From positions 38,380,001 to 38,444,000 of the forward strand of contig NC_087437.1 in assembly GCF_036321535.1 (NCBI RefSeq): DNA of 64,000 nt. The letters are read 5' to 3'. How positions within the stretch are numbered: the first letter of the stretch is position 1; each line of letters starts with the position of its first letter. Shown here piece after piece: positions 11,875-25,294 of this stretch. The translations under genes were made by a program, and so were the position numbers. The DNA is from Camelus dromedarius (Eukaryota). The notes beneath the pieces are model-generated. The model searched no databases. It was not told where the DNA came from and saw only the letters and a list, made by a program, of their open reading frames with translations.

Positions 11875-13769
11875 TATAAAAAGTGGTAATCCATCAAGAT
11901 TCTTTCAATATATTGAGAAATTCCAAAGTTTAATGATAGATTTTCAAAATTAAACCTTGTCTACAATCTATCACCTTTTAATTTGGTTAGTTTCACTCTG
12001 CTTTATAGAGATAAATTTCACGGTCTTCTCATTTGCAAACTTTGTTTCCAAAAATTACATTTCACTAGAAACTACAAAATATGAAGTTTTTTAAGTTCCA
12101 TAAATTGAATAACTTGTTTCAAAAATTTCACATAGTTTTAATAAATTGCTATCAAATTTATGAAAATATCCAATGTTATCATAAACTTACATTTATTAAA
12201 AATAGCTTATCAAAAACCTCAAATATTTGTAAAGTCTTGATGACAGGTAGCAAAAAGACCAGAAGAATACTAACCTCCTAAAATACATTTTAAAAAATTC
12301 AGTATTTAATGTGTTGCAAAATTTTTTGTTGTTACAATACTCTATTTGTCTACATTAAACATACTTTAAAATTTTGAAAATTATAGTTCCTATTTTGATT
12401 GGCTATTATGTCTTTATTAAATACATTAGCAAATGATTAATGTACCACAACCAATTCCATATACATTCTATGTTATATTGAGTTTCATAACATAAAAACA
12501 TTATCTTGAGCATTATTCCATTAAAATTTGTATTTTTGTCTATTCCAAATTTTAAGATGAATTTTCAGTAGCGTTAATAACAATATCAGATGTTTCATCT
12601 TTGACCAAATCAACTTCTAAAGCTTTATTCTGATTACATGAATTGTAGGAAATGAAGAAAACATTATTAGAATAAATTGATTTTCCATTGGAAGCAGAAG
12701 ACATGGCCTCTACTTTAAGTGTTTTCAAAGCCTTTCTTCTAATAGAGCCAACACCTCACAGTTTTGGCTTCACTTTTTGTAAAAGCACAAAGACCACGAA
12801 ATAGAAAATGAGTAAAATGTACTTAGTAGAGCATCCTTTGATCTAAGTGGAAAATCATGTTTCACAGGGTGCTATGTCAAGATATTTCCTGCAGCTATCT
12901 GTGTTAAATCATCAGCTTCCCATACATTCTCCTTTAAAGTGCTATTAATTTTGAAGTTTGTGGTGATTCTTCTTAAACAGATTCATGTCTTTTGGTTTTC
13001 ACATGGCTATTAATACCATTATAATTAATTATACTTTCATTATTAAATTTCTTGAGAAAAATATACTTAGTGCATGATTATTAAACTCACTCTTTTCCAA
13101 AGTGCTTTCCTCCCAAAATAAATAGTATCAACAATAGAATGAAATAACAAATGCAGATTTATTTCAATGGCAAGTTTCCTATGATACAAGTGAAGTTTAG
13201 GCTTCAAGTTCCTTCAGTTGAACCTGATTTTTTAGGAGATAGTTATAGTAAGGTATTCACAATTTTTTTTAATTTGCAAAACTAGGGTATTTTAGGTATA
13301 CTTTCAAAGTTAACTTTTGGTGGACTCTTTCTTGGAATGTGACCAGGCTTGGCCATGTAAAGTTCCAGTGGACAGTGAAAACTGGGAAAACCCAGAACTG
13401 GACCCAAGAACTATTTCCAGGTGCACAGATACCTGGAGAAGATTTTCAGATGGATGTTTTGCCAGGAGATCAGTTCAGTTGTAGATTAAAGGATATGGAA
13501 ACTGACACTTTTGTTGAAGCAGGCTATAGGTAAAAATAGGGCTCTAATCAAAGGAGGGTTTTCTAGGAGAAGGGGAGAACCCAAAGATTGAAAAATTAGG
13601 AGCCAAGAAATTTATCAATTCAGGCCAGCAGGTAATAGTATCTCATCTATTAGACTTGAGTTTAGGGCAAGTTCAGCTTTTCCTTGGGGAGGAATTTACA
13701 GAAAAAGCAAGGAAAAGCTCTGACCTACAGTGTCTGAGACAGTTTGTAAATAATAAGGCAAGAATAGGC

Positions 13770-13855
13770 CTAATACCTTGATCTGGGATTTCCAGCCTCC
13801 AAAACTGTGAATTTCTGTTGTTTAAGCCACTTTGTGATACTCTGTTACATAACAT
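13770..13855 (+). mobile_element. MLT1 LTR 3' fragment
   Basis: 'accttgatctgggatttccagcctccaaaactgtgaatttctgttgtttaagccac' is the MLT1 3' signature. Confidence 0.75.
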
Positions 13856-15660
13856 CTATCCTAAAACAGGTTCAGAGAAAAAAATGCTCAACCCTCTCCT
13901 CTACATAATTTTCAATCTCTTAAGTTTGCATTTGCTTCTATGTTATTTTTTATCTGTTGAAAATTATTTTGCAGACTTCTAACTATGAAAAAAGAAAAGT
14001 ACTTAACAAAGTATTACTTTGGAATTCACTTTAAATCTTAGCAATTCATGTTATGTGTGAATCATATAACTTTAAGCTAAATTACTCTGTCTACAAAAGA
14101 TCGTTACTGTTTAAGAAATAATGCCATACTATGGAACTAATAAAACTTTTAAAATGAATACTGAATATGGGTTGTGAGATACCACAGATCCTTTATGAAT
14201 TATGACACTGGATTACTTTACATGGAATACATTTTTAAAAGCTTGAACAGTACAAATAACGGATTTTCAATGATGCTATACATCTTTTCTATGCCTGATT
14301 AGCTGCTTGCATTATTTATAGCTCTGAGTTTGTGATGGAAACATAAGTTAAGAGTCATGAATCTTTATGCCTCACTTGACAAGGCAACTAATACATCACT
14401 AAGCCCTCCCATTCTTGTTACACTTACCTGTAAACCAATAGTGTCAGCCCTGAATTATTTCTGATATTGAATCTATTGATGAACTGCAAAGGTTAAAATT
14501 AAAGTCTGATTTACGCTGTGATCAAGAGCATGGTGTTAGAGCACCAAGTGATCTGTGCAAATGATAACCATAAATATACCCCAGATTCAGCTTTATAGCT
14601 CCTCTAGGAAGCTCTGCCTTCCTTTTCTTTCTCCCTCAAGGAGATTGCTGAGGATAAGAGGGCTGATAAAAATCAGTCTCTCAGATCCTGATGACTGTGT
14701 GAACAAATCACCTGCTTTTCCCCCTTTGTAGCTTCATTCGGTAGAATTTTAAGACTTTGAACAGATGAATTTGACCAATGTGATCTGTGCTCTATTACTT
14801 GTAGGCAGGTAGTACAGATCAGAAAACCATTCACTGTATTTCACAGAGGTTCAGAAGAGTTTGATGTCTCTCCTGGGAGTAAATAGGTGAGTCTCTGAAA
14901 GCTTTACTTTCCTGCATCTCTAGGCTCTATTTGAAGGCTGGCGTATCAATTCTCTCCAGCTTATCTCATTTAAGCAGACAGGTTTCAATGACAGCAGGTT
15001 ATCAAGAGACATGTAGGCACAGATGAATTCAAATATGAAAAAAAAAGGATAACCCCACTGGGCTGAGATGGCAGAATATCAAAGGGCCGGTATTAAGTTG
15101 GAATTTCTTTGAATTACCTTAAACTTAAATGAGTAAATATCATCAAGCCCGAGGATGTCGGCAGCAGGACTCTGTGAAATACCATTACTTCCTCCCAAAT
15201 ATTAGATATGACCTAACTAGCCCATGGGATTGTATTTATAGCATAAGCATTATATCTCACCCATAGATAAAAGGAATTAGATTTTTGCCTTCAATTTTAT
15301 TCTGTTTTTCAATCTTGAAGTAAAGCCAATGAGCAGCATTTTCCTTGGATCAAGTGCTTAGTTTGTACCTACTAATGGATCCCATTTGATCAAAATTGTA
15401 AGTTTTAAAAGAGTCATCTCTGGATTTTTTCATGTTTTGTGTAGAGGAAAATACACAGGTAAATACATTTTAATGATTATAATAAAATCACATAATATAA
15501 TGGGTTTCCTTATCAAACTGTATAAATAGTAGTGAAAAAAGAAATAATATTTACATAGTAAGTGGTCAATTGCTGTGCATAAAAATGATTTGAAAATAAA
15601 TTATTTCCAATTTATTGGGGAAACTTGGAATTTAGAAATATATAACATTAAGAATCCTTT

Positions 15661-16542
15661 TGAAAGGGAGCAGGATCCTGTGCTGCTCACCCCCTCCAAA
15701 ACCCTGCGTCTTGTTTATGATAAGGCCTTCCAGGCCTCGCTGACTCACAGAGCAGGCTCAAGCAGTTGACTAGGGCAAGCCTGCGGGCACTAGGGGGTGG
15801 CAACAAGTCTGACCACCTATCTCAAGGATTAACTGAGCTTATATCTTCATTTCTCTATTAAACTTTCATTGAACAGAATCTTTGGGGATGTTTTGTTTTT
15901 TGGGGGGCGGGATGCTGAGTTCACTAGATTGCAGGCATTCTGCTTAACAGCAACTTTCCTTTTTGTTACCACGGCTGTTGCCCCTCTCTCAAACAGAAAC
16001 CAATTACTCTTCTCTAAGTATCAGGAGGAAGTTGCTGAGAAGAAACAAGAACTGCTTAGAACCCACCCAGTCCAAGATGGTAGAGGATTTGACTTCCAGT
16101 GGACATTGAGCCTCATTATATGCTCACTGTAGTGTACCAGCATGCTAAGTGACACACCCACCAGCGCTATGACAGTTGATGGTTGCCATGATGAAACCAG
16201 AAAAGTCCACACAAGGACTAAAGAACTCAAAGAAGGACTGACTGGCTCCATCGTACCTGGTAGCAGGACATGATGGTAGAAAAGTCCACATGGCCCGACC
16301 CAGGCCAGAGCTGTTCCCACGGCCATCTTGGCTGATGGCTCCCTACTCGAGCGCATTTTCCCCTGCTAGAGCTTTTTCTTCCCTCCTCCTTGCCTGAGCA
16401 CTTTCCTTCCTTTTCCCCTTCTGAGAAATAAAGCAGCTGTTCACTTCGTCACTATGCCTCTGCTGTGTGAATACTTTCATAGTTCGCAAGAACCCACATG
16501 TTGGTGGGCCTCCTAATTTAGGGGTCCTGCTATCTGCTAACA
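15661..16542 (+). mobile_element. ERV1-class solo LTR (882 bp; MER41/artiodactyl ERV1-like)
   Basis: TG...CA termini with a perfect 4-bp TSD CTTT (15657-15660, 16543-16546) and AATAAA at 16427-16432. The block 'caagatgg...tttgacttccagtggacattgagcctcattatatgctca' is typical of ERV1 U3. Confidence 0.85.
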
Positions 16543-17334
16543 CTTTCACAGAGTAAAGAGTCCAATCAAATAATGCTTAAAATTTTTCAACAATGTAAAA
16601 ATACGTATTTTTGACAGATATTAATAAGGCTTTGTTAAATGCAAATAAATTCTATGGAGAAAAGTGATAAAATAGATCTACTGAAAAAATAAAGCATTCC
16701 AATGGCCAATTTTACAATTTGTATTCAGTAGGGACTTAAGAGAGAAAATAGATCCTCAGAGAATGACACCTTCAGGGGAGTGAGTGTAGTTTTTTCTTCT
16801 CTGCCTTGAGTGGAGTAGCATATCTTTGAGCTCCTCAAGGAAACAATCAAATTTCCATTATTCGTTAAGTGCATAAAACTCAATTAATGACTACATAAAA
16901 TTATAGCATTATTTATTCAAAATGTACATATTAGGAGTATTAAAGTTATTGTTTTCTGGAATAAAATGTTTAAAATTTTTACTCCATTTACATGTTCATT
17001 TTAATTGTCAATGGTTTCCCTTGTATTTTGTCCTAAGAATGAAATTCTATATAGCCTAACATAGCAATAATCAAGGAAAATAACTGATAAATAAAATACA
17101 GTACATTAAAGTACTTCCAAGTGTCCTCCATTTTATTTAGAAATGTAATTATATTTTTATTTTTATTTGAAAATGGATTATTAGACTAAACATCAAAAGT
17201 ATAAAGGATGTTTACGTAAGAACACACCAAATGATATTTGTTTATTCAATTATGTCATTAAGGTTTCACTGTTGAGTAGATATCTATCTGTAATATCTAT
17301 TTAAGTCTTTGTGTTTTTGTGTCATTCAGGAAAC

Positions 17335-17871
17335 TATTTTAGGCAGAGAACTTTTTAGTTTCAGACTTCAGAAATCCAAATCAAACTTGTTTAAATAAGA
17401 AGCGGGAATTTTTTTATTTATAAAATGGAGGGTTCAAGGAGAAGCCTTCAGATACAGAGATAGAGACAAGTACTTAAATGTGTCAGGATGCTGCTTCTCT
17501 CTCTCAGTGCTCTGATGTTCTCTGTGTTGCTTCATTATTAACCAACCTGTGTTCATATAGTAAAATAAAGGGACTGGTCAAGAGCTCTTCCAAGATTTTA
17601 TTCTAATACATCAAAACACATAAGCTTGTCTCTTTCCCCATACTTTGAGTAAAACTTCAAGAGATGGTGCTCGTTAGCTTCGTGTGGCCACATTCTGGCC
17701 TCCAGAAGAGTCACTGCAGCTGGGGATGCAGCGCTGATTAGTCTGGCCTAAACACATACCCATTTCTATGAAGGATGGTAACATTCATTCAGACTCAAGC
17801 ATCTAAAATGGGTCCCTAAATACAAAGAGAGCTAATGTTGCTATAACTGGGAAGAACAGATTGTGGGAAGG
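17335..17871 (-). mobile_element. Old MaLR LTR (MLT1J/K-like)
   Basis: 'cagaaatccaaatcaaacttgtttaaataagaagcgggaatttttt' and 'gctgattagtctggcct' resemble antisense MLT1J/K. Confidence 0.6.
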
Positions 17872-18320
17872 TGTTACAGGTCGAATTTTGTCCCTCCAAA
17901 AATTCATGTGCTGAAGTCCTCAGAATATGACCTTATTTAGAAACAGGATCATTGCAGATACAAAGTTAAGATGATATCATTAGCTTAGGCATTAATCCAG
18001 TGTGACTGAAATCCTTATAAAGAGAGGACATTTGGACACAGAGATATTCACACAAGGAGAGTGCCATGTGAAGATAAACTCAGAGAGTGGTAAGATTCTT
18101 CCACAAGCCAAGCCAAGGAGCGACAAAGATTCCCAGAAAACTACCAGAAGCTAAGCAAGAGGTACAGAACAGATTATCTTTCATACCTTTCAAAGGAACC
18201 AACTTTGCTTACAACTTGATCTTGGACTTCTAGCTTCCATGACTGTGAGGGAATATATTTCTGCTGTTTAAGCCATCTAGTTGGTTGTACTTTGTTTAGC
18301 ACCCCTAGTAAACTAACAGA
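17872..18320 (+). mobile_element. Full-length MaLR solo LTR (MLT1B/C-like)
   Basis: Starts 'tgttacaggtcgaattttgtccctccaaaaattcatgtgctgaagtcct' and ends 'aactaacaga'. Perfect 5-bp TSD GAAGG (17867-17871, 18321-18325). Confidence 0.92.
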
Positions 18321-18739
18321 GAAGGCAAAACCAGTAACTGTCCATTACAGTAAATATCTAGATGAGCGCTCTTTAATATATACCAGCATTTATTATAATA
18401 TGACAAAATTAAAAAATTTTCTAAACTTTCTATTTTAACTTTTAACATCAAAACATGAGATACTAAAGGTTTAAATCTCTTTATTTTCATGGTAGCCTAT
18501 ACCCACTGAGCCCTGCTGCTATAAGGCTTTACGTCTGGTTGATGTCATCATGTCCCCGGAATCTAATAGAGTTTCTTACATGACAAATAGGTTCAATAAA
18601 GATTAGTTGGTTTAAAGAATTATAATTGTAGTGTATAAAGGAAGGATCTACTAACAGTGGTGTTTATGGAACATGCTAGGTGCTGGGTTAGTTATTATCA
18701 TGAAAAGAAGCAAAGGATGCAAAAATTCACTTTGAGAAG

Positions 18740-19277
18740 TTATTAGTTTCTATTGCTGCTGTAAAAATTATTATAAACCTAGTAAATTTAAAACAATATA
18801 AATTTATTATCTTAAAATTCTGTAAGTTAGAAATCTGATGTAGGTCTCAAATGGCTAAATTCAAGGTGTTGGCAGAGCTGCACCCCTAACTGGAGGTTCT
18901 AGGAAGAAGAGCCATTTCCTTGCTTTTTCCAGCTTCCAATGGTCAACCACATTCCTTGCTTTGCCCTGGGCCCCCTTTCTCCATCTTCAAACCCAGCAAA
19001 GTTGCATTCTGATCATTGTTCCATAGTCACATCACCATCTGATTCTATTCTGCCGTTCCCCGCCTCCCACACCCCCCAATTTTAATGACCCTTGTAATTA
19101 CAATGGGTTCACTTGGATAATCCAGGATAATTTCCTCATTTTAAGGTCGTCTGATTAGCAACTCTAATTCCATCTGCAACTTTACTCCCTTTTTGTCATT
19201 TGATATAACATATTCTTCACAGATCAAAGGGATTCAAATGTGAACATCTTTGGGTTGCTGTTTTTCTACCTGCCGCA
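18740..19277 (-). mobile_element. Full-length MaLR solo LTR (MLT1D/E-like) inserted in an L2 remnant
   Basis: 'tattagtttctattgctgctgtaa...tcaaggtgttggcagagctgc...ggataatccaggataat...ctacctgccgca' with a 5-bp TSD AGAAG (18735-18739, 19278-19282). Confidence 0.9.
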
Positions 19278-21399
19278 AGAAGCTCACAGATACTACCTTG
19301 GGGTGGCGTAGGGAAGACAGAGAAAGTAGAAATAAATTTATTTAAGGTTTCCAAAGGAATGGCACAAGTTTTTCTCCTCTTAACTGATATAACAGATACT
19401 TAATTGAGAACGTGCATTACAACAGTGCCCTAATTCTCCCTTTCCCTTTTGAGAGTTGTCAGTAGAAGAATAATTATACATTTATGCTGTTTCTATTCTA
19501 CAATGCTATGTATTAAAAAAAATTAGGGCTGTCTTACATTTTAAAGCTATTGATTAATTCTGATACTTTAAGACCATTCTTAAAAAATCACTTTGAATTC
19601 TTCCCACATCATCTAAAATATTAACTCTAATTCATTGCTTTATTAATATAAAGCTTAATGGTGAATTATGTTTAAGAATATGTATTTAGTGTTTCAAAGA
19701 TATGCAAAGTTGACCAAAATATTTTCCTAATTCAAAAGAGTACTAAACTATGCAGAGTTAATTAGATGAGAGATGATAAAAGGGTAAAATATGGCCCACA
19801 GACATAGTAAGAAAGAAGGAAAATAAACCTTTTACATATTTTTTTCTCCAGCATTTTTAGGAATTCAGAAAACCTGCTACCATAAAGTGTCCAATAGACA
19901 GTAAGACATAGTGTTATAGTTCTTTTGCCCTCAAAGATGAAGTTATAATGAGAAATCACACTTTCAGGACTTTGCAGAATCAGGGTGACCTGAAGTGCAG
20001 GACTATATAATTCCTAAATCTTCTGGTTAGAAGCCTTTTTAAAAGAGTCTAATCCTTGAGAGGTGAGTAGTCAGGATTTTCTATAAATAAATGCATTGCT
20101 ATCAGGGGTTCAAAACCAATCACAAACTCTGAGGTGTTAGGGAAGATGAATTTTGGCCTAAGTTATGAGCCACTGCTTTTCTCACGCTTCATCCTTATTA
20201 TGACACATGTTAGATCTTACCGTGTGTAAAAAAAAAAAAAAAAAAAAATCTTCTAATGTCTTGAAGACATTTTGGGCTAATTTCTCAATCTGGATAGAGT
20301 TTTTTTTTTTAAATTCCATAACCTGATTTATGAGCTAAAAAGAGATCAAAATACTCAAGTTAAAAAGAAAACAGCCAGCTCAACCTTTTACTTACTCTCT
20401 GAACTAAAGCTTCAGAAAACATTTTGTAAATCATATCCCGTCCACATTTTTTCACACCTTATAATCTCAACGTTTTATAACTCAATAGAATAGCCTAACT
20501 GGTGCTTATAGTTCCTTAATAATTAGGACAGCAGGGTAGGTTACTTTGCCTTTAGGAGACTTTCTGGGGTTTCTTAGGGTCATGTGGAAATATTGCATTT
20601 CCTCTGTGCTACATCTTTTTCTTTTTCTTTTCTTTTTTTTTTGGTGTGTAGGGGGGAGCAGAAGCCGAAAAATTGCCATGGCAATGACAGTGATGTGGAC
20701 AATTCCATTCTCTGAACTTTGCCTCAGAGTCTCTATATAGATTTAGTTAGAATATAAAGTTTTCACGGGTGACAGAGACAGAGGTCATGAAGAGGGGGTA
20801 TTATGACTTCAGTTTAGTCTCCACTGATTCCCATTGGTATGAAACTTCAACCAACTAATTTAATCACAACAGCTGGATCTTTCTGGTTTTCACTGAATTC
20901 AAGTTGGCTGGTATAGCTTTGACATGTTAATAGTGGGTAGTCAAAAGATGCTCAAAGATTAATAGACTGATTTAAATTTGCTGAATGAGTCTGAGGAGGA
21001 AAGAACAGATTTGGCTATATATTTCAGGTCTGGAAATAACAATTCATATTATTCACATACATTGAATCCTAATCATTTCCTGTAACTGGAAAAAAATAAA
21101 AATGGCAAGTTCCAGTCTTCTACAATCTACTCATTTCCATAAAAAAAAATAGAATATGGCTAAGAGTAGAATAACTTCTTAAATAAAATCTCAACTTTAT
21201 CAAGTAAGAGTCTCAAAATATTTCCTAAAGTACATGATATAGCACAGGAGAAAAAGACGTAAGATGTTATAAAATGCCACTAAAATACTGTGGACGTTGC
21301 ATTAAAACTCCAAAGCATCCAAAGCTGGCTCTGAAGTCCCTTTTTGATCAAAATGACATCCCTGCAGGGATGGCTATTCTTTAGTGTATTTTTTTTCAT

Positions 21400-21810
21400 G
21401 TTTTTCTTCATGCAGTAGTATCTATTAGATGTCTATCATGTCAGACTTTGGAGGAACAAAGATAAAGAAGACATGGTTATATTGTTTAGGAGCTTCACAT
21501 GGAATGGGGAAGGGATTGTGTATAGAGATAATTTCAGCACACTTTGACAAGCATTACAAATGTATGACAAAGTGAACAAAGAAGAATAACTAACTTTGCT
21601 TGAGGCTGACAGACAGACACAGAGGGACTTCAGGTCTGGGAGAGATTTTCAGGTGTATATTGTTTAATGATGTGAGCATTAAAGGAGGAAGAAGAAACCA
21701 GGCAAAAAGAAGAGTGTATTCATCAGAAGCTAGTCAGGGGACAGAAACCATACTGGTTAATTTGAACAGGGGACATTCAAAAGAAAATGCTAACTCTTGA
21801 ATGTGGCTAG
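21400..21810 (-). mobile_element. L2 LINE 3' fragment
   Basis: 'tatctattagatgtctatcatgtcag...caaagataaagaagacatggtt...aggagcttcacat' resembles antisense L2. Confidence 0.6.
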
Positions 21811-21859
21811 AAGAGGAGAAAGAGAATTTAAAAGTACAAAGAAATGGCAAACAGAAAAA

Positions 21860-22410
21860 GTAGCTATTACCTCAAGGGCTGAGGGAGAGCACCCAAAGAA
21901 GGAAGAAATTTGGAAAAATGCACCCCCTCACTACTCTCCACCTCAACCCCAGGCTGAGAGTCAGACCTCATTGGAGAGAATATACAAGCAACTTGCCAAT
22001 GGTGAAGAAATTTGCCAGAAGGTGGGTGCTCAAACTGGTTTATGGGAGCAGGCTGCTGTGGGACTCCAGGATCTGTAAAAGGATGAGGGTAAGACAAAGC
22101 TGGTCCATATGATACAGGGCTGTGTGACTGAGACATTCACTGGGGTGCCTGCAGGCAGGAGTTGGTCCAGAGGATGGAGAGAGTGTCCCTAGACTTCCCT
22201 CAAGCCACTGGTAGCTGTGTTGGAGGAGCAAGGAAGAATACTTCTTGGACTAATAAGAGAAACTCATTCCTCTTATGGCCTTGCAGTGGCCCTCCAGCAC
22301 CCTTTACTGACAAAGCCTTACAGTGCACCAGTTGGCCAAGGAAAAATGCAGAGTCAAGTGTCACAAAGCAGGGAAAAGATGAGTGGATTAAAGCTGAAAA
22401 GCAATTATGA
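21860..22410. mobile_element. ERVL-type LTR (LTR41-like)
   Basis: 'ggccttgcagtggccctccagcaccctttactgacaaagcctta...tgtcacaaagcagggaaaag...aaagctgaaaagcaat' resembles the LTR41 consensus as I remember it. Confidence 0.6.
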
Positions 22411-22659
22411 CTTGTGAGATGCTGACTTAAGATGTGCACGAAAAAGGGTGGAGAATTTGGGAAATATCAAAGAGTTAAGTGTGGGTTGGAGACAGTAGCT
22501 TTTAGTAAGGTGTGTGTCGGGGCTGAAATAGTTGAAACCAAAGCGTCAAAAAAATAATAAAACAATTCTCAGCAGATCTTGAGAACAGTGATTAGGTGAG
22601 ATTCGTTCAAGTACTCTCATAGCAGAGGAAGTACCACGTGATTGAAAGCTTTCAGGGAA

Positions 22660-22815
22660 TGAATCTCACCCCTCAAAGTGCATCAGACTCACCCAGGGAA
22701 GATTTAAAATATTATAAGATCCTGAGGCCATCCTATATCTCCCGTATCAAAATCCATAGGGTGGCATGCCTCTTAAACCAGAGGATTCTAATGCTGATTG
22801 AACTGGGTTTTCCAT
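22660..22815. mobile_element. MER5-like hAT MITE
   Basis: 'gtgcatcagactcacccagggaagatttaaaat' and 'gattctaatgctga'. Confidence 0.55.
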
Positions 22816-25294
22816 ACTGAATAGATGACAATGACCCAAATCAAATAGTAGTAGTGAAGACAGAAATGGGAAAACAAAATCTAAAATTGCATATTTTAAG
22901 TGACTCTTTTTTTCCTTGCAAACAACTTTGTACATGAAATACAAACTCTACATAGAGTTGTCTCTAGGCAAACTTTTATCTTTTGTACCCTTCCTCTTTG
23001 ACGCTCTCGCAATAAGTAATTCAAACGCTCACGAAAATCTGACATGAGAAAAGGTTCTCATGTCAATCACTTGTATATTAGTGTGAATTTAAACCAGAGT
23101 ATTTCTTTTTCCTAGATGTATCTTGAATTTTACGTCTGACCTTTCATTGCAGACAGTAAGGCTTTGTTCTTATTAAAAGAATTCAAGCATCAGGAGGATG
23201 AGGAGGGCCAGGTAGCCCCTTCTGGTTCACTAAAATCACATAAAGAAACAATCGCTCACTCTCACAACATTTACAGCTGGTTTAAGTGCTATCCAGAAAC
23301 AGAAAGAAATATTAAAACTAAAAACCAGAATTCTTATGATCCTGAATTAAACAAATCATTTTTTGTATGTGTGTGTATATAAATTTCACTTTAACTGAGT
23401 CATTTCATTTGCCATTTTCTATCTGGTAAGGTGTGTCCAGAAGAGCCACGGTTCTCTAATATACCTGGAGTATTTGAAGGCTTGGTCATGCTGAAGTTAT
23501 TTACTGTGCTCATAGAATAAGAAAATAAAGATCCTAAAGGAAGAGCAGAATCTTATTTAATGATTATACTTAGCAAAGTTTGAGGTTCTTGAAGCAAAGA
23601 CCATGATATGTAAAGATTTTTAAAGCACCCTAGTAGAATAATTAATAATCATTACTGAAGCAAAACTCACATGACATTTTCTGACATTTAATTATGTTTA
23701 AGGTCTGAAATAATGTGGTGTGCTATGTTGACAATTAAAAAATAGATCTGAAAAGGTTGCATGCCTCAGTGCAATTTATTTTAGTGTCTGAAAAGTTAGT
23801 TTAATCAAAAAACAGTTCCTCCCTTAAAATGGCCAGTGCTAGCAATTAAAATGAAAATAAAGTCCACTTGGTTTACTTACATGGGAAACATATTGAGCAG
23901 ATCTGCATTAGAAATTAAAAGGCTTTCAGATCTGCAGCAAATGCACTGCACTCTTGATACCACTTTATGTATTGGCTCATTGGAAAATAGCTCACAAGGT
24001 TTGGAATTGTGGTTAATTAAAACAGAGGCAAAGAAAAAAAAGTAACTGCTCTTGAGTTTTTGTCTTGATATGCCAGTTTCTGACTCATTCCACTAGCAGA
24101 ACTGCCACAGTGCACTTCTTTGGCAATACATGGCACAGCCTTCAAAGACTGCCCAAGACAGAGGAAATCAAGGCTGCTTATTGTATCTTATATCTTAACT
24201 AGTTGTTAAAAAGCCATGTCAAAGCTAAATATATTACAGACCCATTTACGATCATTCAAATTTTTAAATTATTTGCCCCTTTGGCTTGATCCACAAAGGA
24301 TTCTAAATAAAATGCAGCTTTTAGGGGAAGAGAGTAATGACGATTATTTAATTTCAATGAATTCTTTGGTTTTCTAGTGTATCATGTTTTTAAGGTCTCT
24401 GGGTAACTGTGCCTAGGTACGGTTGATGTTGATTAAAAAGGGATAAATAAAATTTACCACCATTGTAGGTAATCTGTGTTAGATAAATAAAGGGGAGTCC
24501 TGGAATCTTGCTGAAGGGAAGTAAGGATTGATATTTGGGAGATGAAGAAATATTTTGAAGATAAGAATCAGTTAACTGAGAATGAAGCTCAAGTTATCAA
24601 CTTACCTAGTCGACACTCGAATGAATGTGTAAAGAACGGAAAACTACTGTGCAAAGGCTTTAAGTCACAGACCGTGTGTGAAGGCATAGCACAGTGTTTA
24701 CTGGGAAAATCTATAAGCAAACCTCTAGTAGGGAGCACATAATCCCTCCGCCTGTCCCAATACTCACTGTCCCATGGCTTAGGCCAGATATACAGTCACC
24801 ATGGCCAACATAGGGTGTCCAGAACGGAGAGCCTCCTTTCCTGTAACACTCTACATATTCACTGGGTTAGAGGGAAGACAATATTCATACAACTATAAAA
24901 TAGGAACTCAAGGGTCAGAGAATTAAACGTTATAGAAAAGGGGTCTCTGAAGTTTACTGTTCTGTGTCACCTTGTTCTTCTGTTGACCTCACCTAGCCCT
25001 GCTATGCCAGCTCTCCTCTAAGTTACTAAAAATGGGAAAACAATGAGGCTAGATTTTTAGTGACTATATCAGGAATCTGATGATATATTTCCTTCATTCC
25101 TTCACCGTGTGTTTACTACATGCCTGCTTACTTCCCTATTGTTAATTTCTGCACTGGCTCACTTACCCCAGAAGCAATGTAGGGTCTGTGTGCCCAGGGT
25201 GTGTAAAGCTCTAAGGGAGACCCTGCCTTCAATTGTCGTTCTTTTCTTACTTTCTCCTCTTCTTTACAAAAGATGTCTTGATGTGAAAATATGA

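Noticed and set aside
16021..16356. 111-aa hydrophobic minus-strand ORF with a 'GCCAAGATGGCC' start context, resembling a processed pseudogene
   Set aside because: It lies inside the TG...CA/TSD-bounded LTR, CAAGATGG is a common LTR YY1-type motif, it has no poly(A) tail or TSD of its own, and it matches no protein I know.
19968..20068. Plus-strand AG...GAG|GTGAGT exon-like segment (similar isolated donors near 14886, 23426, 30430 and 37878)
   Set aside because: It has stops in all three frames, and no consistent exon chain can be built; such sites are expected by chance in 64 kb.
20228..20248. Isolated poly(A) run as an orphan retrotransposition tail
   Set aside because: No upstream element body, poly(A) signal or flanking TSD was found.
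21600..22439. Cluster of overlapping 63-93 aa ORFs
   Set aside because: They fall in L2 and LTR41-like sequence where higher GC lowers stop frequency; no recognisable domains.
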